Under the pieces are notes generated by a model. It worked only from the letters and a program-made list of their open reading frames with translations. It was not told where the DNA came from and made no database searches. The translations under genes were made by a program, and so were the position numbers. A stretch of 63,377 bases of DNA, counting the filler, from a candidate division WOR-3 bacterium (GTDB lineage: Bacteria; SDB-A), in the NCBI GenBank assembly GCA_016934535.1. It is 5 parts of 5 records of this genome, joined end to end, with 100 filler letters (N's around TTAATTAATTAA, not from the genome) between each part and the next. Parts side by side here need not be neighbours in the genome. Positions count along the whole stretch, not along the records: positions 18,296 to 33,110 come from JAFGSQ010000074.1; positions 33,211 to 45,345 come from JAFGSQ010000075.1; 3 more parts are not named here. One strand, written 5' to 3'. Shown here in pieces: positions 28,662-38,192 of this stretch (within the stretch, counting starts at the first letter, position 1; each line of letters starts with the position of its first letter).

Positions 28662-29372
28662 ATGATTGAGGTAAAATGGTTTCCGCCTGCGTGGGTACAG
28701 ATCAAGAGCGAGGAGTCAGTTATTTATATCGATCCCTCATTCATCAATACATATTACGAAAACCACCCGTTAAAAATAATACTGTCGAAGTGGCCCGATG
28801 AAACTGACGGTCTGCCTGAAAAACTGGAAATGGCTGACCTTATTCTTTTTACCCATGAACACCGGGATCATTGTAATAAAATGACAGTAGATCATCTAAA
28901 AGGCAAAGATACAATATTAATCGGACCCAAAAAATGCAAAAAAGAGATTGGGAGTCAATTAAAGATAATGAAAGCAGTCGAGGAATTTTCCGCCGGAGAT
29001 TTCCGGATAAATACAATTCAAGCCTACAACCCGCCCAAAGGAAGCTCCGTTAAAAAATTTCACAAAAAGGATTCAGGTATAGGATACGTCGTGTCGATCG
29101 GATCAAAGAAAATTTATCATCCCGGCGACACGGGTTTTATCCCGGAGATGAAAGAGCTTAGCGATATCGACGTCGCGTTTTTCCCAATTGACGGGATGTA
29201 CACTATGGACGTCGACGAAGCGGTTCAGGCAGCCTTGCAAATATCTCCTAAAATAGCTGTTCCCATTCACGATATGGGCAAAAACGACCCCAATATGTTC
29301 AAAGAAAAACTTGAAAGCGAATCCGATGTCGAAGCGCGAATTTTAACAATCGGGGAATCTATTATACTTTGA
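28662..29372 (+). CDS. MBL-fold metallo-hydrolase (UlaG-like)
   Basis: IYIDP, THEHRDH, YHPGDT and AVPIH motifs. Confidence 0.85.
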   Translation: MIEVKWFPPAWVQIKSEESVIYIDPSFINTYYENHPLKIILSKWPDETDGLPEKLEMADLILFTHEHRDHCNKMTVDHLKGKDTILIGPKKCKKEIGSQLKIMKAVEEFSAGDFRINTIQAYNPPKGSSVKKFHKKDSGIGYVVSIGSKKIYHPGDTGFIPEMKELSDIDVAFFPIDGMYTMDVDEAVQAALQISPKIAVPIHDMGKNDPNMFKEKLESESDVEARILTIGESIIL

Positions 29373-29713
29373 AATTCACAAGCAACTTAGATCTTTTGAA
29401 GGTTTTTTTTGAAGCCGAGAACATAAGAGACTGGAACTTATTCCGCAAATTCCTCCACCCCGATGTAGAATGGACTGTTTTCAACGATTCAGAAGGAGTT
29501 TTGATACGCGGAAGAGACAATTACATGGACAGAATAATATCCAACTATAAGGAAAAAGACACAAAATTCGAGTGTGAAAACACATTTATAGACGGAGAAT
29601 GCAATCAAATTGTCGCCGTACTCGTGAAAGAAACGGGAGAAAGATCGATTGATATTTTTAATTTTAAAAAAAGACTGATTTGGAAAGAGTGGGAATTTAT
29701 TCTGCACAAGTAA
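29369..29713 (+). CDS. SnoaL/NTF2-like protein
   Basis: FFEAEN.RDW...FLHPDVEW...IRGR pattern; overlaps the upstream stop. Confidence 0.7.
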   Translation: MKFTSNLDLLKVFFEAENIRDWNLFRKFLHPDVEWTVFNDSEGVLIRGRDNYMDRIISNYKEKDTKFECENTFIDGECNQIVAVLVKETGERSIDIFNFKKRLIWKEWEFILHK

Positions 29714-29855
29714 AAAAACCTGACTGTTTTTACCAAATCGTAATTTCTCAAAATAGAATAATTTTTAACGCTTTAAGGGAGCCGCCCCACAATTTTTGTG
29801 TTATAATTGATTATAATTAAGTTATTTTGTTGATTATTTGAAATAAGGAGTGTGT

Positions 29856-30236
29856 ATGCTCGATTATTTTTTTGACATTCAAACTTCTTCTCCCAAAGAA
29901 GCAGCAGATACTTTGTTCAACAACGCACTGTCGTTTGTACCCGATCAATCCGTAGAAAGTATCAAGTCAAGTTTCGAAGGATATAAAGGCCCTTGGGGTT
30001 CGACGAAACTAATAAATGGAAATAAAGCCGAATTATATGAAATAGTGCTCCGCAATCTCGAATGGACACAGAAAACAGCGGGTTTTCAGTATTTCACGGT
30101 TCACGTGCGCGATCAGCAGAAGCTGGCCCAGATAATTTCATGGTCGGATTCAAAAGGAGCATCGGTCTGCTTATGGCGGAATAATGACGAACTCTATCTC
30201 TGCGGAAATGTGCATTTTGATTACTCGCTGAAATAA
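29856..30236 (+). CDS. Hypothetical protein
   Basis: TAAGGAG RBS; no family recognised. Confidence 0.6.
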   Translation: MLDYFFDIQTSSPKEAADTLFNNALSFVPDQSVESIKSSFEGYKGPWGSTKLINGNKAELYEIVLRNLEWTQKTAGFQYFTVHVRDQQKLAQIISWSDSKGASVCLWRNNDELYLCGNVHFDYSLK

Positions 30237-30464
30237 CGCACTCAATCTCAGGACAAAAACAATATAAATTACGTATTCGGATTTTTATTTACATTCATTT
30301 GCAGTATTCTAAAACAAATTAGTCATTTTATAATTATTCTGTAATTCCAAGACTATTTTTGGAATTTTCTTATTGGGTCTATGTTACCAATCTGTACCGA
30401 TTTATAATTGTACTGAAAACTGATGTACAAATATACTGTTAGGAAAAACAAAACGGAGGCCGGT

Positions 30465-31757
30465 ATGAAACTCGAATTTTACATAATTATCTTTTTGATG
30501 TTCACTTTTTCCCTGTTTGTTTTTTTTCGTGACATCGTTTCACTCGCTCCGCCGGAAATTACATGGAATAAGACATACGGAAATTTTTACGACGGTAAAA
30601 TTACGTGCATTCATCAGACTGCTGACGGCGGATTTGTCGCATCAGGCGTCACAGGCTCTGAAACAGGCAGTAATAATGATTACTGGCTGATAAAAACAGA
30701 CGCATACGGAAACGAAATTTGGGCGAGAACTTTCGGAGGACCGCAGGACGATGTCTGCGAGCACTCACTTCAGACGAGTGATGGCGGATATATAATGATC
30801 GGCAGGACATTTACCGGGGTCAGCCATTCACACGATATTTTTATTGTTAGAACAGACGCTTCAGGAGAGCTGCTTTGGTCCAAAACATACGGAGAAGTCC
30901 TTGACGATTTCGGAGTTTCCATATTGCAGGTCAGTGACGGAGGTTTTGTAGTAATAGGATTTACGGATAACTTCGGCGGAGGATGGGACGACATTTGGCT
31001 GATAAGAACTGACAAAGAAGGTGACACTCTTTGGACAAAAACATTTGGTGGTTACGCTTCCGATCTTGCATATTCGATTAACGCTACATCTGACGGCGGA
31101 TTAATCATAGCTGGAAGCACTGAATCTTTCGGCGACGATTCAGCTGAGATTATAAGAGTCATGACAGATACGGTCAAAAAAGAGCAGGAAGAACAGGGCT
31201 GCCACGGTCCGGATCAAAGCATGCCAGTATATTTCGACACATGCGACTCCGATGGCTGGCTGATAAGGGTGGACGCATCGGGAGAAATAGTCTGGTCAAA
31301 GACATACGGCGAATGCGAATATGATCATTTTTATCACGCCAAACAGACCCAAGACGGAGGATTCATTGTCACAGGAGTCACCAGATCGGCTCCGGGCGGC
31401 TTTTCTGATATCTGGTTGGTCAAAACAGACGGATACGGCGAAGTTGAGTGGTCAAAATCATTCGGCGGAGAGAAATGGGACGTCGGGATTGAAGTTGAGC
31501 AGGTTTCAGACGGCGATTTTATTGTCATCGGATACACCGATTCGTTCGGAGCCGGAGGGAAAGACGTTTGGCTCCTGAAGACAGATGCATCGGGCAATTT
31601 GCTGTGGTCAAAGTATTTCGGAGAGACCAACGAAGATTCCGGATATTCCATAGATCTGACTCATGACGGCGGATGCATTATCGCCGGCAATACATATATT
31701 CCGGAAAGCAGGCATTCCGACCCATGGCTCATAAAACTGGGATCAATTTCCGAATAA
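30465..31757 (+). CDS. Secreted or anchored beta-propeller repeat protein
   Basis: About seven repeats of QTxDGGFIxxGxT...DxWLIKTDxxGxxxWxKTFGG; N-terminal hydrophobic segment. Confidence 0.8.
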   Translation: MKLEFYIIIFLMFTFSLFVFFRDIVSLAPPEITWNKTYGNFYDGKITCIHQTADGGFVASGVTGSETGSNNDYWLIKTDAYGNEIWARTFGGPQDDVCEHSLQTSDGGYIMIGRTFTGVSHSHDIFIVRTDASGELLWSKTYGEVLDDFGVSILQVSDGGFVVIGFTDNFGGGWDDIWLIRTDKEGDTLWTKTFGGYASDLAYSINATSDGGLIIAGSTESFGDDSAEIIRVMTDTVKKEQEEQGCHGPDQSMPVYFDTCDSDGWLIRVDASGEIVWSKTYGECEYDHFYHAKQTQDGGFIVTGVTRSAPGGFSDIWLVKTDGYGEVEWSKSFGGEKWDVGIEVEQVSDGDFIVIGYTDSFGAGGKDVWLLKTDASGNLLWSKYFGETNEDSGYSIDLTHDGGCIIAGNTYIPESRHSDPWLIKLGSISE

Positions 31758-31766
31758 GACACTTCC

Positions 31767-32045
31767 ATGCTTAATATATTGGCGATGATGGCAATCGGTA
31801 TTGCCGCCGGATTCCTGATCAGGAAAAAACAAAAGACGGTTAAATTTTTCGATCTCGCTTCCGGTGCCTCTGTCTATGTACTTCTTTTCCTGTTGGGGAT
31901 TTCAGTGGGCAAAAACGAAACAATAGTCTCCAATCTTGGCTCAATCGGAATCCGGGCAATATCTCTGGCGATCGGCGCCGTCTCAGGCAGTGTGATATCT
32001 TCTTTTTTGATCTTCAAAATCATTTTCAAAGATAATAATGATTAA
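31767..32045 (+). CDS. LysO family transporter, small N-terminal subunit
   Basis: LLFLLGISVGKN motif; three TM segments; pairs with the next gene. Confidence 0.8.
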   Translation: MLNILAMMAIGIAAGFLIRKKQKTVKFFDLASGASVYVLLFLLGISVGKNETIVSNLGSIGIRAISLAIGAVSGSVISSFLIFKIIFKDNND

Positions 32046-32640
32046 ATCGCTGATTATAACGGCTTTTTTCGTGCTGGGGACAATGTTCGGTTTTTACGAG
32101 ATGCTTCCCGAAGTTTTTATTGAAAACGATTTCAGCATATATGCTCTCAGCGCTTTGATGTTTTTGGTTGGCGTAGGAACAGGCGCCGACAAGAATTCCT
32201 GGAAAATCCTTAAAAAACTGAATCTGAAAATAGTTATGGTGCCTCTGACCGTTATTTTCGGCACCTTTGCAGGCGTAACGGCTGTTTCTTTGATCCTGAA
32301 AGACATTACCCTTAAAGAATCTCTGGCCGTGGGAGCCGGATTCGGATATTACAGCTTATCGAGCGTCTTCATAAGCAGGATCAGCGGCGAAACTCTCGGT
32401 GTTGTGGCTTTGATATCAAATGTTTCCAGGGAAATAATAACGCTTTTGACTGCTCCACTGCTCGTTAAATTTTTCGGTAAAATCGCTCCGATTGCATCAG
32501 GAGGAGCGACTGCAATGGACACTACACTGCCGGTCATCACAAAATTTTCCGGCAAAGATTACGCCATAATTGCCGTTTTCAGCGGAATTGTATTGACTGT
32601 TCTGGTGCCTCTTATTGTCACAATCATTTTAAACGCTTGA
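32038..32640 (+). CDS. Lysine exporter LysO family protein
   Basis: GFGYYSLS, NVSRE and GGATAMDTTLP motifs. Confidence 0.88.
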   Translation: MIKSLIITAFFVLGTMFGFYEMLPEVFIENDFSIYALSALMFLVGVGTGADKNSWKILKKLNLKIVMVPLTVIFGTFAGVTAVSLILKDITLKESLAVGAGFGYYSLSSVFISRISGETLGVVALISNVSREIITLLTAPLLVKFFGKIAPIASGGATAMDTTLPVITKFSGKDYAIIAVFSGIVLTVLVPLIVTIILNA

Positions 32641-32641
32641 G

Positions 32642-33110
32642 TCATTCAAGTTCCAGGCATAATCTTATCAACTCCTCGACTTTTTTAAACGACGAATATT
32701 TCCACACTATTGGCCTGTTAAAATAAAGGGTCAGTTTTCCGCCGCCGGCCACGGCGGCTCTTAATTTTCTTTCAGCGAGTTTTTTTAATTTTTCAGGTTT
32801 TTGAAAAAATTTGGCTGTAGGTTTTTTATCCGCGTAAAGGTAATATTTTTTGTCGAACTCAAAATTTGATGTGCTGAATTTCGCACTGTATGAAGGCATC
32901 TCAGGCGAGACTATCTTCTCTTCGTCGTGATGTCTGAAATCCATAACGATAAGCCATTGCTGGTCTTCGGCTATGTCTGTTTCAATTTTGTAAGCTTCGA
33001 AACTGTAACCAACCGCTTCGGTGGTATCAGCGTCGACGTGCATCATGGTCACAGAAAAGGCTATCGAACGCCTTCTGATTTTCCCTGAAAATACTACGTC
33101 TCCTCCATAT
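32642..33110 (-). CDS. Hypothetical protein, 5' end cut by the contig edge
   Basis: Reading frame stays open from 32642 to the contig end. Confidence 0.6.
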
Positions 33111-33210
33111 NNNNNNNNNNNNNNNNNNNNNNNNNNNNNNNNNNNNNNNNNNNNTTAATTAATTAANNNNNNNNNNNNNNNNNNNNNNNNNNNNNNNNNN
33201 NNNNNNNNNN
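33111..33210. other. Artificial contig linker
   Basis: N run containing TTAATTAATTAA. Confidence 0.98.
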
Positions 33211-33223
33211 CCTCCTGATTAAA

Positions 33224-33296
33224 TGAGTCGCGTGGGATTCGAACCCACGGCCCCCTGCTTAAAAGGCAGGTGCTCTACCTCCTGAGCTAGCGACTC
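33224..33296 (-). tRNA. tRNA-Lys(TTT)
   Basis: GAGTCGC/GCGACTC acceptor stem, CCTGC-CTTTTAA-GCAGG anticodon arm, GGTTCGAATCC T arm; CCA not encoded. Confidence 0.95.
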
Positions 33297-33392
33297 TATT
33301 GTTGAATAGTATATCAATTCGAAAATTCAAGTCAACAACAATGATTAAACTAATTTTAAATATTTCAGTCTAAAAACAAAAAGGAGGATTCA

Positions 33393-33914
33393 GTGAAATT
33401 ATTGAAAATCGCATTGCTCGTACTGGCCGTGTTGACTCAAACAGCATACGGCAGGGACTTAGGGCGGGAAAAACAGCGGGAATTCCATGAAGAAAGAGAA
33501 AACCACCCGCCGCCGGATCGTGAAAACAACGATCGGCACGAATTTCGGTTCCGGTTGTTTGAAGAGCTCGATATGACCGATTCGCAGAAAGATGAAATAA
33601 AAGCGATGTTTGAAGAAAACAGGGAATTTAACCGCGGTGTCCGCGAACAGATGAGAGAAAAATTCGAAGAAATCAAGAACGCCATCGAAAACGGTATGTC
33701 TCAAAGCGAAGTTGAGGCGGCAATGGATGAGATAATGAACAGCGAAAGGCAAATAGCGCTGCAGCGCATCCGGCTGGCTTTTTCTCTCAGGCAGGTATTG
33801 ACGGAGGAACAACTCGGAAAACTGCCGACGGATTTCCTTGCCAGAATGATACTCCCTCCTCCGCAGGGACAAAGAGACGAAAGAAACGAACACAGGTTCA
33901 TGGACTGCCACTGA
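33393..33914 (+). CDS. Spy/CpxP-family periplasmic protein
   Basis: Signal peptide; LDMTDSQ and VLTEEQ (LTxxQ) motifs; AAGGAGG RBS. Confidence 0.8.
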   Translation: MKLLKIALLVLAVLTQTAYGRDLGREKQREFHEERENHPPPDRENNDRHEFRFRLFEELDMTDSQKDEIKAMFEENREFNRGVREQMREKFEEIKNAIENGMSQSEVEAAMDEIMNSERQIALQRIRLAFSLRQVLTEEQLGKLPTDFLARMILPPPQGQRDERNEHRFMDCH

Positions 33915-33929
33915 AATTGTTTGAAAAGA

Positions 33930-33961
33930 ATGCGGCGTATTTTTAAAAAAATACGCCGCAT
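33930..33961. terminator. Hairpin between convergent genes, probable bidirectional terminator
   Basis: ATGCGGCGTATTTTT/AAAAATACGCCGCAT perfect inverted repeat. Confidence 0.75.
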
Positions 33962-33997
33962 ATATTTTGTTTGAAAGAAATCAAAGTCCGTTGTTTT

Positions 33998-35065
33998 TTA
34001 AAAATCAAACTCGAGGTCGTATATTTTTTCGGGTGTTATCTCGATTTCGATAAAAGTGTCTGAATATCCTGTTTTTCGCAGGTAATTTGAGTTAAATACG
34101 TAATCTCTGAGAGCCGTGTCCAGTTTTTCAGGCATTTCGATCCTGAAAACGCGGCCGCCAGAGTCGATGTCGAAACGGATTTTTACCGATCCTGTTAATT
34201 CCGGATGTTCTTTTCTGACGTCGTCCAAGGTCGTCAGTTCAAAAAAACCTTCACCCGAAGCGGTTTCCTCGCAAGCGACGGAAGGTTGTGACGAACATTC
34301 GATTTCTTGAGTGAGACTCCTGTCCAAAGGGATCGCGTCTTCAGTTCCGTCCGAAGATAAACCTGCATTTTCGTCTATCTCGGAACATGCCCCCGCAACT
34401 TTTAGAGCCGACGCGGGAAAAAGAAAGTCTTGATCCTGATAGTCGGGCGTAGTTGATGACACTGTTCCGACCAAGTCAACACCGGATTCCTGAATTTCCG
34501 TGGAAATCCCCCCGTAAGCAGTTCGACTGATAAGGCAGTCTGCCGCGTAATATCCGGTTGAGTCTTTAGCGTTTCCCGTAATCGCTGTTTCATTCTCTTC
34601 GTCTGACTGATTCAAAGCAAATACGGAGCGATGGGTCGTCGCCTGTCTTTGCAGGTTTTCAGTTTCAACGGCAGTTTGAGTTTTTTTGTTTTGAATGTCC
34701 CTGTATGTGTTGACGAACATCAGTCTGAAAATGATGGCGAAAATAAGGACAAAACCCATAATGCCGACGGCGGACATTTCTCTTCTCGACATGAAGGAAA
34801 ACAATTGCCCCCATTCAAAGCCCGGTTTTCTCGGCAATTGAGTCATGATTGCAGAGGACAGGGATTTAAAGTATGAGTCGGAAGGCATTATCTCGCTGTC
34901 GGCAACCTTGCCGATCTTAGTGTCTATGGATTTCATTTCTTCGTAATATTGCCGGCATTCGCCGCACATTTTGAGATGTTCGCGGACTATGTAGGAGTCC
35001 TCAATGTTCAGCTCTTTGTCTATGAAAGCGCCTATCATGTCAATTATTTTTTCGTGTTCCATCAC
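33998..35065 (-). CDS. Zinc-binding anti-sigma factor (zf-HC2) with one TM helix
   Basis: HLKMCGEC (HxxxCxxC), single TM segment, long extracytoplasmic tail. Confidence 0.85.
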   Translation of the reverse strand: MMEHEKIIDMIGAFIDKELNIEDSYIVREHLKMCGECRQYYEEMKSIDTKIGKVADSEIMPSDSYFKSLSSAIMTQLPRKPGFEWGQLFSFMSRREMSAVGIMGFVLIFAIIFRLMFVNTYRDIQNKKTQTAVETENLQRQATTHRSVFALNQSDEENETAITGNAKDSTGYYAADCLISRTAYGGISTEIQESGVDLVGTVSSTTPDYQDQDFLFPASALKVAGACSEIDENAGLSSDGTEDAIPLDRSLTQEIECSSQPSVACEETASGEGFFELTTLDDVRKEHPELTGSVKIRFDIDSGGRVFRIEMPEKLDTALRDYVFNSNYLRKTGYSDTFIEIEITPEKIYDLEFDF

Positions 35066-35622
35066 GACCTCTTGGAAAATTTATCGAGAATCAGTTTTCT
35101 CGCTCTGTTAAGTCTAGACATTACTGTCCCAACCGGGACTGAAATTTTTTCTGAAATCTCGGTGTAGCTGAAACCTTCCGCTCTCAGCACTAAAACTTCC
35201 CTGTATTCGGGCGTCAGTTCGGACAGTATCTCTTTTATTCCGTCAAGTTCATCAATTTCTTTGAGAAAGTCCTTTTTTTCAGGGCGAGATCCGGGATTTT
35301 CGTATAATTCCTGAACGCGCGATTTACTCGTGATTTTTTTTCTGAGAAAATCTTTACTGAGGTTTATTGCTATTGTAGCGAGCCATGGATAGAAATCGTT
35401 CCCTCGCTTGAAAGAATTCAGGTTTTTGAAGCATCTGATGAAAGTGTCCTGCATTATGTCGTCCATGTCATCGCTGTCAATGTAATACTTCCTCTTGATC
35501 TGCGCGTACACTTTCTTTTGATATTTTTCGATGAGCAGTCCAAAACATTCCCTGTCCCCCTTCAAGACTTTATCAATTATCTCATCGTCCGCTTTTTCTT
35601 TATTTTCTATACCCGAAAACAT
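35062..35622 (-). CDS. ECF RNA polymerase sigma factor
   Basis: DIMQDTFI, FYPWLATIAIN and SYTEISE...GTVMSRLNRAR motifs. Confidence 0.92.
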   Translation of the reverse strand: MFSGIENKEKADDEIIDKVLKGDRECFGLLIEKYQKKVYAQIKRKYYIDSDDMDDIMQDTFIRCFKNLNSFKRGNDFYPWLATIAINLSKDFLRKKITSKSRVQELYENPGSRPEKKDFLKEIDELDGIKEILSELTPEYREVLVLRAEGFSYTEISEKISVPVGTVMSRLNRARKLILDKFSKRS

Positions 35623-35628
35623 CCTTTT

Positions 35629-36174
35629 TTATTCCACTTCTTTCGTTTTAAAAGTCGAGAAGATTATCCAGAGAACCGCGCCGACAGAAATTGCCGCGTC
35701 GGCGACGTTAAAAGCCCAAAATCTGTGACGTCCTATGCCTATGTCAATGAAGTCTATGACTCCTCCTGACCTCATAATTTTATCTGCAAGGTTACCCACC
35801 GCTCCGGCAAATACCATGAAGAGTCCGAGGTTTTTGAAAAAAGATGTATTTTTCTTTCCAAAAAGGCTGACGACGCCGTAAATTCCGACAAGCAGGGTCG
35901 CCAGTGAGGACGTCAAAGCGTGAAGCCATGAAGGCCCGAATCTCAATCCCATGGCTCCGAATGGATTTTCGACGTAAACTATGTTGAAATATGTTCCCAA
36001 GACGTGAATGGGATCAGGATTGCCGGCGAATCTGTTCTGTATCAATTGCTTGGTGAACTGGTCGGCGGCGAGTATTACCGCAAACATGGATAAAACTATG
36101 ATTTTCTGTCTTGTGCTGTTAGTGATGTTGACCTCCTGAAAATTTTTAGCCGAATATTCTGTCTCCGGCGTCAC
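35629..36174 (-). CDS. lspA: Lipoprotein signal peptidase II (start uncertain)
   Basis: DQFTK, NPFGAMG, GAVGNLAD, VIDFI and FNVADAAI motifs. Confidence 0.9.
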   Translation of the reverse strand: MTPETEYSAKNFQEVNITNSTRQKIIVLSMFAVILAADQFTKQLIQNRFAGNPDPIHVLGTYFNIVYVENPFGAMGLRFGPSWLHALTSSLATLLVGIYGVVSLFGKKNTSFFKNLGLFMVFAGAVGNLADKIMRSGGVIDFIDIGIGRHRFWAFNVADAAISVGAVLWIIFSTFKTKEVE

Positions 36175-36763
36175 CTAAACCCGGCAGTATGTATCCTTTG
36201 TTGTTGAGCTCTCTGTCGAGAGATACAGTGTAAATTCTCGCTTCAGGGTGCGATTTTTCCAGTTTTGCGATCCCTTCCGGAGCGCTGATTATTGTCAAAA
36301 CGTCTATGACTTTCGGATTTCCTTTCAAAAGAGCCGAATAAGCGGCGATAATCGAACCTCCGGTCGCAAGCATAGGGTCGAGAAGAAAGACATGAATACC
36401 TCTCAAATCATCCGGAATACAGGTGTAGTATGTCACGGGTCTGAGTGTTTTCTCGTTTCTTTTTATTCCCACTGGATAGACATTGACTTCAGGAAGAAAG
36501 CCGAGGATGGGATTCACCATCCACATTCCGGCTCTCAAAATCGGTACAAGGGCGATTTTTGACTGTTCGATGAATTTGCCGACGGTCTGTTCCAAAGGTG
36601 TCCTGACGTGGGAGTTTCGAAGCTCGATATTTTTCGATGCTTCAATAAAAAGACAGGCGGTCATCCTCGAGATCGCCGATCTGAATCCGTTTTTGGAAGT
36701 GCCGGCGTTTCTTGCCACGCTTAAATCATTCCGGGCTAACGGGCAGTCGATTTCAATCAGCAT
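36146..36763 (-). CDS. upp: Uracil phosphoribosyltransferase
   Basis: VPILRAG, LDPMLATGGS and GYILPGLGDAGDRIFG motifs. Confidence 0.95.
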   Translation of the reverse strand: MLIEIDCPLARNDLSVARNAGTSKNGFRSAISRMTACLFIEASKNIELRNSHVRTPLEQTVGKFIEQSKIALVPILRAGMWMVNPILGFLPEVNVYPVGIKRNEKTLRPVTYYTCIPDDLRGIHVFLLDPMLATGGSIIAAYSALLKGNPKVIDVLTIISAPEGIAKLEKSHPEARIYTVSLDRELNNKGYILPGLGDAGDRIFG

Positions 36764-37493
36764 TGTTCTCGAAATCGTTCAGTGTATTCAAAAGGACCTG
36801 AGCTTCGTTGTCTTCGGGATTCTCAATGAGCATTTTTGTCCAGATAGCTTTGGCTTTGTCTTTCTTGCCCATTTTCAGGTTTATGGAACCCAGAATTCTC
36901 AACGCGTCTCTGAAATTCGGGTCTTTTTTAAGAATCGCGAGCAGCTGTATTTCGGCGCTAGAAAAATCGCCGATGGCTATGTAAGCTTTCGATAGTTTGA
37001 GGCCGATGTCGAGGAAATCCGGAGCGATTTCAATTCCCTTTTTGTATTCATTTATCGCGCTGTCAAATGCCTCGACGTCGAAATACAAATCTCCCGTGTA
37101 GGCGTGTGCGTTTGCTATCCTCGATCCGGCGGCTCCGAAAAGGAATTTGCTGTTTTTTTCAATATCCTTGACCGCTTTGAAGTGCTCTATGGCTTCCTTG
37201 TCGTAACCGGCGTCCGAAAGAGTTATGGCTAAGTTTAAGCGCGGTTCCAAATATTTTGGATTCAGCTCTATAGATTTTTTGAAAAATTCTATGGCCTTTT
37301 CGTAGTTGCCTGTCAGAGCGTAAACGACACCGATTTCATGGTGCAGATCGGGATAATCCGGAGCCAGAGCGAGAGCGGTTTTAAGTTCTCTGAGAGCGTC
37401 CTCTCTTCTGCCGCGGCGGAGATAAGCCTTTCCCATTTCAATGTGAAGCAGTATGTCCGCCTGTTTGCTGCCGTTGGATTTTTCGTCACTCAA
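36753..37493 (-). CDS. Tetratricopeptide repeat protein
   Basis: Multiple TPR units (A...L...P.Y.D). Confidence 0.85.
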   Translation of the reverse strand: MSDEKSNGSKQADILLHIEMGKAYLRRGRREDALRELKTALALAPDYPDLHHEIGVVYALTGNYEKAIEFFKKSIELNPKYLEPRLNLAITLSDAGYDKEAIEHFKAVKDIEKNSKFLFGAAGSRIANAHAYTGDLYFDVEAFDSAINEYKKGIEIAPDFLDIGLKLSKAYIAIGDFSSAEIQLLAILKKDPNFRDALRILGSINLKMGKKDKAKAIWTKMLIENPEDNEAQVLLNTLNDFENNAD

Positions 37494-37503
37494 TTGATCC
37501 CCC

Positions 37504-38028
37504 CTATCTTATGTAATAAAAGGCGAAGACTAATCCGGCGCATAAAATGCTGACGCCGGCAAATTCAAAAAAATTAACCCTTGAAAAACCACTTCTAATG
37601 TCGAGACTGGCCAAAGCAATATCCGTTTCGCTCAAAGAGGCCACGTCGACGGATCCTTTTCTTTCAGATTCATGGAAACCTGCCAAATCGCCGTTTTTGA
37701 AAAGCAAAAGAATCATCTTCAATTTCCATTGAGCTCTTTCAGGTGTGAAAAGAGTTGCGTTCTGAAGTTCCCAGGACAAGTCCAGTTTTTCAGCGGACAC
37801 GAACACTGTCTCTTCGGCAAAAACTGATCCCTGGCGTGATTCGTTCGAGTAAAGATTAATTGCTCTCGCTGCGAGAGTGTCGTTTTCGGATTGAGTGAGA
37901 GGTGAGTAATACGAAGACGATAATTCGGGAATTGGATTGCTTTCAAAGAAAGACAGGTAAATCTCTTTAACTATTATGTGCCTTTCGTAATTAGTCAGTG
38001 TCATAATAACCCAGAAAAATAAAATCAT
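37504..38028 (-). CDS. Hypothetical membrane-anchored protein
   Basis: GAGGAGAGG RBS; hydrophobic N- and C-termini. Confidence 0.6.
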   Translation of the reverse strand: MILFFWVIMTLTNYERHIIVKEIYLSFFESNPIPELSSSYYSPLTQSENDTLAARAINLYSNESRQGSVFAEETVFVSAEKLDLSWELQNATLFTPERAQWKLKMILLLFKNGDLAGFHESERKGSVDVASLSETDIALASLDIRSGFSRVNFFEFAGVSILCAGLVFAFYYIR

Positions 38029-38192
38029 ACCTCTCCTCTTGCCCTTATAAATATAAGAGCCATTAAAAGATTTAATTAAATCATTGGCCGCAAGTCAAGA
38101 TATAATAAAACTGGATTTAGCGGCGGATTTGTCTTTAAATTAATTTTTACGGTGACTCAGGTACAGGATAAAAATCAAAAACAAGAAAATCT

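Noticed and set aside
38029-38192. Structured ncRNA in the divergent intergenic region
   Set aside because: No recognisable RNA family or stable long stem seen by eye
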